A DNA stretch of 64,000 nucleotides, taken from positions 290,641-354,640 of the forward strand of contig JAXGNH010000003.1 of the NCBI GenBank assembly GCA_040768165.1, given 5' to 3'. Made by a program: the position numbers and the translations under genes. This stretch comes from Anaerolineae bacterium (GTDB taxonomy: Bacteria; Chloroflexota; Anaerolineae; UBA1429). Below, piece by piece: positions 1-8,408 of the stretch. The notes under the pieces were generated by a model. It saw only the letters and a list, made by a program, of their open reading frames with translations, was not told the DNA's origin and ran no database searches. How positions within the stretch are numbered: position 1 is the stretch's first letter; each line of letters starts with the position of its first letter.

Positions 1-503
1 TCGACCGTCAGTCCAAGATCATCAACGACCTGCTCTTTTTCTCTCGGAACAGGCCGCGCCAGCTGGGCGATGTGGACCTCAACGCCATCCTCGACGAGAC
101 GCTGATGCGCGTCATCATGCCCGAATCGGTGGAGGTGCGCCGCGAACTGGACCCTGCCCTCCCCTCCATACGGGCGGATGCCGACCAACTCCAGCAGGTG
201 TTCGTCAACCTGGTGACCAATGCCGCCCAGGCCATGTCCGACGGTGGGGTGCTCTCCGTCCACAGCCACCGCGACGGCGACGACGTCGTGGCGGAGGTGT
301 CCGACACGGGGACGGGCATCCCGGAGGAGAACATGGCGCGCCTCTTCCAGCCGTTCTTTACCACCAAGGAGAAGGGGATCGGCCTGGGGCTGGCGGTGAC
401 GCGGAGCCTGGTGGAGGGGCACCGCGGCGCCATCGACGCCACATCGCGCGAGGGCGTCGGCACCACCTTCACCGTGCGCTTGCCGGTCGAACTCGTCGGC
501 TAG
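1..503 (+). CDS. Sensor histidine kinase, C-terminal part (5' end outside window)
   Basis: Frame 3 reads through from position 3 (…DRQSKIINDLLFFSRN…), HisKA-end-like. HATPase_c motifs follow: N-box VFVNLVTNAAQA, G1 DTGTGIP, G2 GIGLGL. Stop at 501-503. Confidence 0.8.
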   Translation, partial: DRQSKIINDLLFFSRNRPRQLGDVDLNAILDETLMRVIMPESVEVRRELDPALPSIRADADQLQQVFVNLVTNAAQAMSDGGVLSVHSHRDGDDVVAEVSDTGTGIPEENMARLFQPFFTTKEKGIGLGLAVTRSLVEGHRGAIDATSREGVGTTFTVRLPVELVG

Positions 504-660
504 GGGCCACGGCGGACGTTCGCGACGGCATCGCGGGATCCCTGGCCCCCTGCCGGCCGCCTCATGCAGCGCCGGCGTCACAATCCACATTCGGTAGGCA
601 CGGGCCGACGGCCATCGTCGTAACGGCCTGCCCTGCCCCGCGCCACGGCGGTCACGCCGT

Positions 661-3600
661 GTGTCGCGGCTCGAGCATGACGCCATGATCGGACGGACTG
701 TAGCGAACCTCGAAATCCTCGAGCTGGTGGGCCTGGGGGGCGCCGGCGAGGTCTACCGCGCCTACGACCCGAGTCGTAAGCGCGAAGTAGCCCTCAAGAT
801 CCTCTCCGAGCGCGCCGAGCCCGACATGGTGCTGCGCTTCGCTCGCGAGGCCCAGGCGCTGGCGATGCTGCGCCACCCCCACATTGTCGAGGTGTACGGC
901 TCGGGGGTCGACCAGAGCCTGCGCTACATCGTCATGGAGCTGATGTCCGGCGTCTCGCTGCGGGAGCGGCTGCAGCAGACCGCGTTGCCCTGGCGTGAGG
1001 CGGTGAGCATCGCGCGGCAGGTGGCGTCGGCCCTGGCGCTCGCCCATGCTCGTGGTGTGGTACACCGCGACGTCAAGCCCGGCAACGTCATGTTCGATGC
1101 CGAGGGCAACGCCAAGCTCGCCGATTTCGGGCTGGCGCACCTCAGCGAGGCCTCGGCGATGACGCGCACCGGCACCGTCATGGGCACTGTGCTGTACCTC
1201 GCCCCCGAGCAGGCCGTGGGTAGGCCGGTGGACGCGCGCAGCGACCTCTATGCGCTGGGCGCCGTGCTTCACGAGATGGTTGCGGGCCAGCCGCCGTTCC
1301 CCGGCCCGACGGCCGTCAGCATCATCTACAAACACCTCAACGAGCAGCCGCCACGCCTGCGTGAGGTGGTCGCCTCGCTCCCACCGGCGCTGGACGCCAT
1401 CGTCGAGCGCCTGCTGCAAAAGGACCCTGCGCGGCGGTTCCAGAGCGCCGACGAACTCGTGGCGGCCCTCGATCGCCTGCTGAGCGGCGAGACCGACGCG
1501 AACCTGCCGGCCGGCGCGGCGCCTGATGCCCTTTTGAGCGGCCCCGGCATCGACCCCGGCTCCCTCCCATTGGCGGGGCGCGACGCGGAACTCGGCGCCC
1601 TCACCGACGCCCTCGATCAGGCGGTTACCGGGCTCGGACGCACCGTCCTTCTGGCGGGTGAGGCGGGCATGGGCAAGACGCGCCTCGTGCGTGAACTGGC
1701 CCACGCGGCCGCCGGCCGCAACGCCCTGGTGCTGGCCGGCGAGTGCCTCTATGGCGACGCACCCAACCCCTACGCCCCCTTTGTCGAGATGGTGCGCGCT
1801 TACGACGAGCGGCGCCCGGTCTGGTCCGAGGGGGATGCGGAGGTCGAGGCGGCCTTCCAGGACGTCCGCGAGATCTGCGACGCCAGTGCCGCCCGCGTCG
1901 GCGCGGGGGGGCAGCCGAGCGAGCGCGCCCGGTGGCTGCGGAACGCGTCGCCCCAGGACGCCCAGGGGCAGGCGTTCGAACTCATCAGCCGCTTCTTCTA
2001 CCAGGTCTCTCGGCGGCGCCCGCTGGTGCTGGTGCTGGACGACCTCCAGTGGGCCAGCCCCACCACGCTGCAGCTCTTTCACTACCTGGCGCGCGGCGTG
2101 CGCGGGACGCGCATCCTTCTGGTGGGCACCTATCGCCCGGAAGACATCCTCCCGGGCGCCTCCGGCGGGCGTCACCCGCTGCGCGAGGTGCTTCAGCGCA
2201 TGGGGCGCGAGCACCTACATGCCGAGATCGCTCTCGATGCCGTGAGCGCCGAGGCGGTGGGCGAGCTGGCCGCCGCCATGATGAACGTCCCGGCGCTGGA
2301 CGACGAGTTCTGCGCTCTGCTGCACCACGAATCGGCCGGCAACCCCTTCTACCTCCTGGAGACGCTGCAGCTGCTGCAGGCCGAGGGGATTCTCGAGCGC
2401 GTGGAGGACCACTGGGAGCTGGCGGCGGCGCTGGAAGATGTCGAGATACCGGGCAGCATCCTGGACGTCGTCATGCGGCGCGTGGAGCAGGCGGAGGACG
2501 ACGATCGCGAGACGCTCGACTGGGCTGCCATCGTCGGCTATGACACGGTGACACGGCGCGGCTACGGTGGCGGCGTCGATCTGCCACACCGACACATCGA
2601 CGCGCCACTGCTGGCGGCTGTGCTGGGGCGCTCGCGACTGGAGGTGATGCGGCGCCTGTTCGCCCTGGAACAGCGCCATGGCCTAGTCATCTCGGATGAG
2701 GCGGGGTTCAGCTTTGCCAACGCCAAGATCCGCGAGGTGCTCTACGATCAGATGCCCGAGGGGCTTCGGCGCGAGAGTCACCTCATGGCGGGCGAGGCGC
2801 TGGAAGAGCTGGTACGGGAGCAGGGCGTGGGGCACGAGGAGGGGCGCATCTATGACTTGGCGCACCACTTTGTGCGGGCGCGCCACGCGGAAAAGGGCTA
2901 TCGGTATGCCCTGCGCGCGGCGGAGCGCGCCGAGGCCCACTTTGCGCCGGCGGAGGCGCTCGCCTTCCTCGATGACGCGCTGTCCCTCGTGGAGCGGCTC
3001 CCTGAGACGCGCGAGCTGGCCATCGAGCGCTTGGCGCTCGACCATCGCCGGGGCCACCTCCTCTCCACCGTCGGGCGCCTGGACGAGTCGGTGGCGGCGC
3101 TCGAGTCCGCCCTGGCGGCCAGCCGCACCCTCGGAGAGCGACACAATGAGGCCGAGATCCTCCTCGACCTCGGCTCGGTGCACGGGCGCTCGGGCTCCTG
3201 GGAGCGCGCCGTCGCGCTCGCGGGCGAGAGCCTGCAGCTGGCGGAGGAGTTGGGTGACGGCGAGCGGCGCGCCAGCGCACTGCTGAGCATGGCCTTTTTC
3301 GACTTTGAGCGCGGCGACTGGGAGGCGGCGGTGCGGCGACTCCAGGCGGCGCTGGACGTGGCGCAGACCGACGGGCTGGAGCTGCTGCAGGCGCGCATCC
3401 TGGGCAACATGGCCATCATGTACAACGCCCGCGGAGACCGCGCCAGAGCGGTGGAGCTGTACCAGGGCAGCATCGACACCTTTGAGCGCCTGGGCCAACC
3501 GCTCGACGTGGGGCGCGGCCTGAGCAACATGGGGTTCTCTTACTTTGGACTGAACGCCTACGACGAGGCGGTGACGTGCTACCGCCGGGCGCTGGAGCTG

Positions 3601-4002
3601 TTCGAGAAGGTGGGCGACGTGCGCGAACAGGGGCTCGTCCACCTGCACCTGGCGGAGGTGGCCCTGGCGAATGAGGCGCTGGACGAGGCGCGCGACCACT
3701 GCACCCGCGCCATGCGGCGTTTCTCGCGCCTGGGATTCGAGTTGGGCATGGCCGACGTCGACCGCATCTATGCCGGCATCGCGCGGCGCGAGGGGCGCTG
3801 GGCCGTCGCCGAGCGCTATCTCCGCGAGGCGCTGGCGGTCTATGACGACTATGGCGACCAGCTGAACCTGGCCGAGACGCATGAGGAGCTGGCCGGGCTG
3901 CTCGAGGAGAGGGGCGACGCGCTCAAGGCCGCCGAGGAGCTGGAGCGCTCGCGCATCATCTTGCACGCCCTCACAGGGGCAGCGGGTTCGGCGGGGGCGT
4001 GA
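661..4002 (+). CDS. Ser/Thr protein kinase fused to AAA/STAND-type NTPase and TPR repeats (1113 aa)
   Basis: Hanks kinase motifs: GLGGAGEVY, VALK, HRDVKPGNVMF, DFGLA, APE. Walker A GEAGMGKTR at about aa 330. Long C-terminal TPR-like repeats. No C-terminal HTH seen. The start may be the ATG at 685 (MIGRTVANLEILELVG). Confidence 0.85.
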   Translation: MSRLEHDAMIGRTVANLEILELVGLGGAGEVYRAYDPSRKREVALKILSERAEPDMVLRFAREAQALAMLRHPHIVEVYGSGVDQSLRYIVMELMSGVSLRERLQQTALPWREAVSIARQVASALALAHARGVVHRDVKPGNVMFDAEGNAKLADFGLAHLSEASAMTRTGTVMGTVLYLAPEQAVGRPVDARSDLYALGAVLHEMVAGQPPFPGPTAVSIIYKHLNEQPPRLREVVASLPPALDAIVERLLQKDPARRFQSADELVAALDRLLSGETDANLPAGAAPDALLSGPGIDPGSLPLAGRDAELGALTDALDQAVTGLGRTVLLAGEAGMGKTRLVRELAHAAAGRNALVLAGECLYGDAPNPYAPFVEMVRAYDERRPVWSEGDAEVEAAFQDVREICDASAARVGAGGQPSERARWLRNASPQDAQGQAFELISRFFYQVSRRRPLVLVLDDLQWASPTTLQLFHYLARGVRGTRILLVGTYRPEDILPGASGGRHPLREVLQRMGREHLHAEIALDAVSAEAVGELAAAMMNVPALDDEFCALLHHESAGNPFYLLETLQLLQAEGILERVEDHWELAAALEDVEIPGSILDVVMRRVEQAEDDDRETLDWAAIVGYDTVTRRGYGGGVDLPHRHIDAPLLAAVLGRSRLEVMRRLFALEQRHGLVISDEAGFSFANAKIREVLYDQMPEGLRRESHLMAGEALEELVREQGVGHEEGRIYDLAHHFVRARHAEKGYRYALRAAERAEAHFAPAEALAFLDDALSLVERLPETRELAIERLALDHRRGHLLSTVGRLDESVAALESALAASRTLGERHNEAEILLDLGSVHGRSGSWERAVALAGESLQLAEELGDGERRASALLSMAFFDFERGDWEAAVRRLQAALDVAQTDGLELLQARILGNMAIMYNARGDRARAVELYQGSIDTFERLGQPLDVGRGLSNMGFSYFGLNAYDEAVTCYRRALELFEKVGDVREQGLVHLHLAEVALANEALDEARDHCTRAMRRFSRLGFELGMADVDRIYAGIARREGRWAVAERYLREALAVYDDYGDQLNLAETHEELAGLLEERGDALKAAEELERSRIILHALTGAAGSAGA

Positions 4003-4119
4003 GGGGCGTGCTTGTGTGAGTCCGATGGAACGCGGATTCCGCGGATCGTGCGTTGGGTAGAACGGGTGGGTCTCCGCGGATCATCTGGGCATGGGCCGTC
4101 CGTTGACGGTACCCGGCGC

Positions 4120-4260
4120 GCACCGGCGTGCGCGCCCTACACCGCCCCCTCGCCTTGCCCCGCGTTGGCGTGCGCGCCGCGCGCCGGGTGGATGGATGGA
4201 GGGGCGAACGCCTCGCCGGCCCGGCCCGTGTAGGGGCCGCACGCCGTGCGGCCCGCGGGC
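4120..4260. repeat. Diverged solo copy of the 96-99-bp hairpin repeat (see 6777-7063)
   Basis: Shares GGCGTGCGCGCCCTAC at 4126-4141 and GTAGGGG-stem-loop-CCCGCGGGCGCG with the array units. The stem arms are changed (ccgcacg/cgtgcgg versus tcgaacg/cgttcga) in a way that preserves pairing. Confidence 0.4.
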
Positions 4261-4268
4261 GCGTAGGG

Positions 4269-4772
4269 TCAGTCCGGCAGGCCCGGCGGGTAGGGGGCCA
4301 CGTCGGGGGTGGGGCCGAGGTCGGCCAGGTGCTCTCGGACGGTGCGGCCGGTGACGGGATGCACGCGATCGGGGGCAATGTCGGCCAGCGGCACGAGCAC
4401 CGTGGCGCGCTCCAGCATCCCCGGATGGGGGATGGAGAGTCGCTCGGTGTCGACGCGCACGTCGTCGTACATGAGGATATCGAGATCGATGGGCCGGGGG
4501 CCGTACGGCACGGTGCGCACCCGGCCCATGTCGCGCTCGATCGCCTGCAGGGCGTCGAGCAGGTCATGCGGCGGCAGGTCGGTCTCCACGGCGCAGGCGG
4601 CGTTGAGAAAGCGGGGCTGGTCGGTCACGCCCCACGGTTCCGTCTCGTAGAGGGGTGAGACGGCGACGAGCCGCATGCCGTGCGACGCCATGGCCTCCAG
4701 CGCCCCCTCGATCTGCGCGCGGCGATCCCCCAGGTTGGCCCCCAGGCCGATATAGGCGCGCGCCACGCTCAC
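4269..4772 (-). CDS. folK: 2-amino-4-hydroxy-6-hydroxymethyldihydropteridine pyrophosphokinase (HPPK)
   Basis: 167 aa with IGLGANLGDR, PLYETEPWG, IDLDIL motifs. The start overlaps the folP stop by 4 nt. Confidence 0.85.
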   Translation of the reverse strand: MSVARAYIGLGANLGDRRAQIEGALEAMASHGMRLVAVSPLYETEPWGVTDQPRFLNAACAVETDLPPHDLLDALQAIERDMGRVRTVPYGPRPIDLDILMYDDVRVDTERLSIPHPGMLERATVLVPLADIAPDRVHPVTGRTVREHLADLGPTPDVAPYPPGLPD

Positions 4773-6043
4773 CCCGCCCGCAGGATGGCGTCGGTCATGC
4801 GCGCCACCCGCGCCATGACACGCACGTCGTGTACCCGCACGATGTCGGCGCCGCGGGCGACGGCCATGGCCACCGCGGCCGCCGTGCCCTCCGTCCGCTC
4901 CTCCGGCGGGAGGTCGAGGGTGTAGCCGATGAACGACTTGCGCGACGGCCCGGCGAGGATGGGCAGCCCCAGCACGCGCAGCGCGTCCAGGTGGTTCAGC
5001 AGGCGGAGGTTCTGTTCCACCGTCTTGCCGAACCCGATCCCGGGGTCGACGATGATGCGCTCCCGTGCCACGCCCGCCTCCTCGGCGGCCTCGATCAGCG
5101 CGCCGAGTTCCCGGATCACGTCGCCGAGCAGGTCGGTGTACTTGACCCCCACGTAACGCCCACCGAGGCGCGCCTCCTGGGCCGCGTCGCGGGGCTTGCT
5201 GCGGTTGTGCATGAGCACCACCGGCACGCCGCGCCGGGCCGCCAGCGGCGCCAGCTCGGGATCCATGGCCATGCCCCAGACGTCGTTGATCATATCGGCG
5301 CCGGCATCCAGCGCCTGGCGCGCCACGGACGCCTTGTAGGTATCGATGGAGATGGGGGCGTCCGTCTCGCGCCGCAACGCCTCGATGACGGGCAGGACCC
5401 GGGAGGCCTCGGCCTGGGCGTCCACCGGCTGCCCGCCGGGGCGCGTCGATTCGCCCCCCACATCGAGGATATCCGCGCCCTCATCGAGCATACGGAGCGC
5501 CTGCTGTACGGCGGCATCCACCACCGCCTCACCACCGGCGCCCGCCTCTCCGGCGCCGCCTAGCAGGCCGTCCCCCGAGAACGAGTCGGGAGTGACGTTC
5601 ACGATCCCCATGATGTAGGCGCGCTCGCCCCACACGAACGCGCGCCGGCCGATGCGCAGGGCGACGCGCTCCGGGGCGAGGGCGTTGTCGAGCGCCCCCC
5701 GCGCCTCCTCGGCGAGGGCGCGCAACTCGGGCAGCGCCTCCTCACGGAGCGCGGCCAGCGTGCCGCGCACGGAGCGCTCGTTGCCCAGCAGGAGGAGGTC
5801 GGTGGTGGCCTCCATGCCCCGGTAGGCGCCCGCCGAGAGGGCGGCGTCGGCCTCCGAGGCGAGCATGTGCTCCTTGATGATGTGCGCCCCCGTGGCGCTC
5901 ACGCCGTCGAGGCGGAGGAGCAGGAGGCGTCCCTTGGGCAGCATCGCCGCGACCCCCTCGGGATCGGCGCCCACCGCCACCAGCGCCGAACGAAGCTCCT
6001 CGGGGGTGTCACACCGCAGCAGCCGCGGGTTGTGGCGGCTCAT
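4769..6043 (-). CDS. folP: Dihydropteroate synthase with an about 140-aa N-terminal extension
   Basis: Pterin-binding core IMGIVNVTPDSFSGDG, DILDVGGESTRPG, DTYKASVA, GADMINDV, ILAGPSRKSFIG. ATG at 6041-6043 (MSRHNPRLL). The upstream part of the 561-aa ORF is low-complexity read-through. Confidence 0.85.
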   Translation of the reverse strand: MSRHNPRLLRCDTPEELRSALVAVGADPEGVAAMLPKGRLLLLRLDGVSATGAHIIKEHMLASEADAALSAGAYRGMEATTDLLLLGNERSVRGTLAALREEALPELRALAEEARGALDNALAPERVALRIGRRAFVWGERAYIMGIVNVTPDSFSGDGLLGGAGEAGAGGEAVVDAAVQQALRMLDEGADILDVGGESTRPGGQPVDAQAEASRVLPVIEALRRETDAPISIDTYKASVARQALDAGADMINDVWGMAMDPELAPLAARRGVPVVLMHNRSKPRDAAQEARLGGRYVGVKYTDLLGDVIRELGALIEAAEEAGVARERIIVDPGIGFGKTVEQNLRLLNHLDALRVLGLPILAGPSRKSFIGYTLDLPPEERTEGTAAAVAMAVARGADIVRVHDVRVMARVARMTDAILRAG

Positions 6044-6678
6044 TGTTTGGGCTCCAGCAGGACGAGGCGCGTCTCCTCGGGCAGGCTGCTCGCGGTGACG
6101 GTGAGGGTCTCCATGCGTTCCGGGCTCTCCACGGCCATCTCCTTGAGGAAGCGGTTGGCCGTCTCGATCTGCGCCTTTAGCCCGGGCACCTTGTAGTGCA
6201 TGGGGATGACGATCTTGGGCTCCAGGAGCCCCACCACCTCTGCGGCGCGGGTGCCGGTGAGGGTGGATCGCCCCCCCACGGGCACGAACAGCACGTCGAT
6301 GTCGCCGAGTTGCTCGACCTGTTCCTGGCTCAGGACGTGCCCCAGGTCCCCCAGGTGGCAGAGGGTGAGGTCCTCGAACTCGATGAGATAGGCCGTGTTG
6401 CGGCCCAACTCGCGCCCTCCCTTGTCGTCGTGCCAGGTGGCGACGCCGATGCAAAAGATCCCCTCAACCTCGTACTCGCCGGGGCCGCGGATCACAAAGG
6501 GGGAGCCCCGGACCGCGTCGACGTTGTTGTGATCCTCGTGCTCGTGGCTGACGGTGACGACGGTCGACGTGAGGCGCGGCAGCTTGAGTCCCGTGGAGGG
6601 GCTGTACGGGTCGGTGACCACAGAAAGGCCGCGGCTCCGCAAACGAAAACAGCTCTGGCCGTACCACGTAATCTCCAT
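6040..6678 (-). CDS. Metal-dependent hydrolase, metallo-beta-lactamase fold (UPF0173-like)
   Basis: 212 aa with HEHEDHN, ICHLGDLGH, VPVGG. The stop overlaps the folP start (ATGA). Confidence 0.75.
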   Translation of the reverse strand: MEITWYGQSCFRLRSRGLSVVTDPYSPSTGLKLPRLTSTVVTVSHEHEDHNNVDAVRGSPFVIRGPGEYEVEGIFCIGVATWHDDKGGRELGRNTAYLIEFEDLTLCHLGDLGHVLSQEQVEQLGDIDVLFVPVGGRSTLTGTRAAEVVGLLEPKIVIPMHYKVPGLKAQIETANRFLKEMAVESPERMETLTVTASSLPEETRLVLLEPKQ

Positions 6679-6776
6679 CTATCTCTCCTAAGGGCCATCG
6701 CGCCGGCGCATCTGCGTACCCAACGCCAGGATGCGTGTGGAGGCCCGACGCCGTCCGACCCGCCGGCGCGCAACGG

Positions 6777-7063
6777 TGGGCGCACCCTACAGCGCGCGGA
6801 GCGGCCTGTCATGGTAGGGGTCGAACGCCGTTCGACCCGGGCGGCGCGCAGCGGCGTGCGCGCCCTACGATACGCCGAGCGGCCTGGTATGGTAGGGGTC
6901 GAACGCCGTTCGACCCGGGCGGCGCAGCGATCCAAACCCCGGATCGTCGGCGTGCGCGCCCTACGATACGCCGAGCGGCCTGTCATGGTAGGGGTCGAAC
7001 GCTGTTCGACCCGGGCGGCGCGCAGCGATCCAAACCCCGGATCGTCGGCGTGCGCGCCCTACA
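6777..7063. repeat. Tandem array of 96-99-bp repeats (about 3.2 units), each with a 10-bp palindrome GGGTCGAACG/CGTTCGACCC
   Basis: Units start at 6853 and 6949, a partial unit starts at 7048 (GGCGTGCGCGCCCTAC…), and a diverged unit lies at about 6777-6852. Units 2 and 3 are nearly identical. There are no unique spacers. Confidence 0.7.
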
Positions 7064-8099
7064 TGGCGCGTTGGATGGTGGCGCTGGCGCGCTGGGCGGC
7101 CAGCCAATCATCAAAGCCGCGCTGTTGCACCACGGGCCACAGCTCGTCGGGCACGGCCAACGTCGGGTCCACCTCGACGAGCTGGATGACGTGGTAGCCG
7201 AACTCGCTCTGCACGACGTCGCTCACCTCCCCCGGCTGAAGGGCGTAGGCCGCCTCCTCAAAGGCGGGCGGCATGACGCCCTTGGGAAGGAACCCCAAAT
7301 CCCCGCCGCTGTTGCGCGTGGTCTCGTCCTCCGACGTCTCTCGCGCCACGGTGATGAAATTCTCGCCGCCGCGGATGCGCGCCAGCGCCGCCTGCGCCGG
7401 CACCTCGTCCGAGACGAGGATATGGCGCACATGGTACTGCGCGACGTTGCGGGGAATCTGCGCGGTGACCAGATCGCGCACGGCGGCGGTCATCAGGTCG
7501 GCGCGCACCTGACCCCGCAACAGGTCCAGCGTCAGGCCGTTTGCGGTCAGCCAGGCATCAAAGCGGGCGGCGTCGCCCCCGCGCATCTGCGCGATCTGCG
7601 CCTCGATGTCCTCCGGCGTGACACGGATCCCGGCTTCGTGGGCGGCCTGTTCGATGAGCGCCTGATCGATCATCCAGTCCAGCACCTGCTCCTGGACCTG
7701 CCGCAGCGCTTCCTTCCCCGCCTCGGTGGTCAGGTCGGTGCCCGGCTGCTGCAGGAGGTACGCCTGGGCCTGGCCGACCTGTCGCTCCCATTCCTCGCGA
7801 GCGATGGGGGTGCCGTTCACCGTCGCTACCACCCCCGGCTCGAGTGCGGCGGACGCAGAGACCTCCTGGGGCGTTGCCTGCGAGACGGGCACCGGCGGCT
7901 CCGCGGGTGGGGTGTCGGTCCACAGTGGGACCGCCGTGGGCATCTCGGCGGGCGGAGCTACCGTGTCCTGGGGGGCGGCCGGCGCGGCGATAGTCGGCGC
8001 CTCGGCGACGCCGCCTGGCGGCTCCGGCGTGGTGATGGCGCAGCCGGCCAACAGCCAGGCACAGAACAACACGGTGACCACGGCGATCCGTCGTCTCAT
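7059..8099 (-). CDS. Parvulin-type peptidyl-prolyl isomerase lipoprotein (PrsA/SurA-like)
   Basis: MRRRIAVVTVLFCAWLLAGC signal with lipobox, then a SurA_N-like region. PPIC domain: HILV…GGDLGF…GYHVIQL. ATG at 8097-8099. Confidence 0.75.
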   Translation of the reverse strand: MRRRIAVVTVLFCAWLLAGCAITTPEPPGGVAEAPTIAAPAAPQDTVAPPAEMPTAVPLWTDTPPAEPPVPVSQATPQEVSASAALEPGVVATVNGTPIAREEWERQVGQAQAYLLQQPGTDLTTEAGKEALRQVQEQVLDWMIDQALIEQAAHEAGIRVTPEDIEAQIAQMRGGDAARFDAWLTANGLTLDLLRGQVRADLMTAAVRDLVTAQIPRNVAQYHVRHILVSDEVPAQAALARIRGGENFITVARETSEDETTRNSGGDLGFLPKGVMPPAFEEAAYALQPGEVSDVVQSEFGYHVIQLVEVDPTLAVPDELWPVVQQRGFDDWLAAQRASATIQRAM

Positions 8100-8408
8100 C
8101 AAAGAGCCTCCGCGGGCTGAATGTGTGCGGCGATCGACCATCGGTGTGACCGCCACGCCGGCCGGGGCACGGCCCAGGCCGTGGGGAGCGACGACCGAAG
8201 CGACGCGGCGCTCCGGCGCGGGCTCGGGGGACGAGGACACGGTTATCAAACAGGGTGTACTGCAATCCCCTGGACCGAAGTATAGAGGCGGGCGGGCGAA
8301 CTGTCAACGACGTCCGGTGTGTCGTTGACGGTGTCCGGCGGCGTGCCTATAATGCCAGTAACCTGGCGGTGCAAAGGTGTTCCGGTGGCATCCTACGGCA
8401 TAGCTCCC

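Noticed and set aside
652-2214. 520-aa ORF antisense to the Ser/Thr kinase gene, and similar long antisense ORFs (for example 10500-11552, 16137-17228, 19556-21004, 25859-27304, 36250-37527, 37612-38616, 49186-51423)
   Set aside because: At about 70% GC, stop codons are rare in non-coding frames. These ORFs have Arg/Gly/Pro/Ala-rich low-complexity translations and lie opposite genes with clear family motifs.
6777-7063. Possible CRISPR array
   Set aside because: Units are 96-99 bp and directly abutting, with no unique spacers and no cas genes in the window. They are better described as a tandem hairpin repeat.
8319-8408. N-terminal 30 codons of the 485-aa ORF (MSLTVSGGVPIMPVTWRCKG…) as part of the ResB-like protein
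   Set aside because: They lack signal or TM character. The ATG at 8409 gives a typical positively charged N-region followed by a TM helix.
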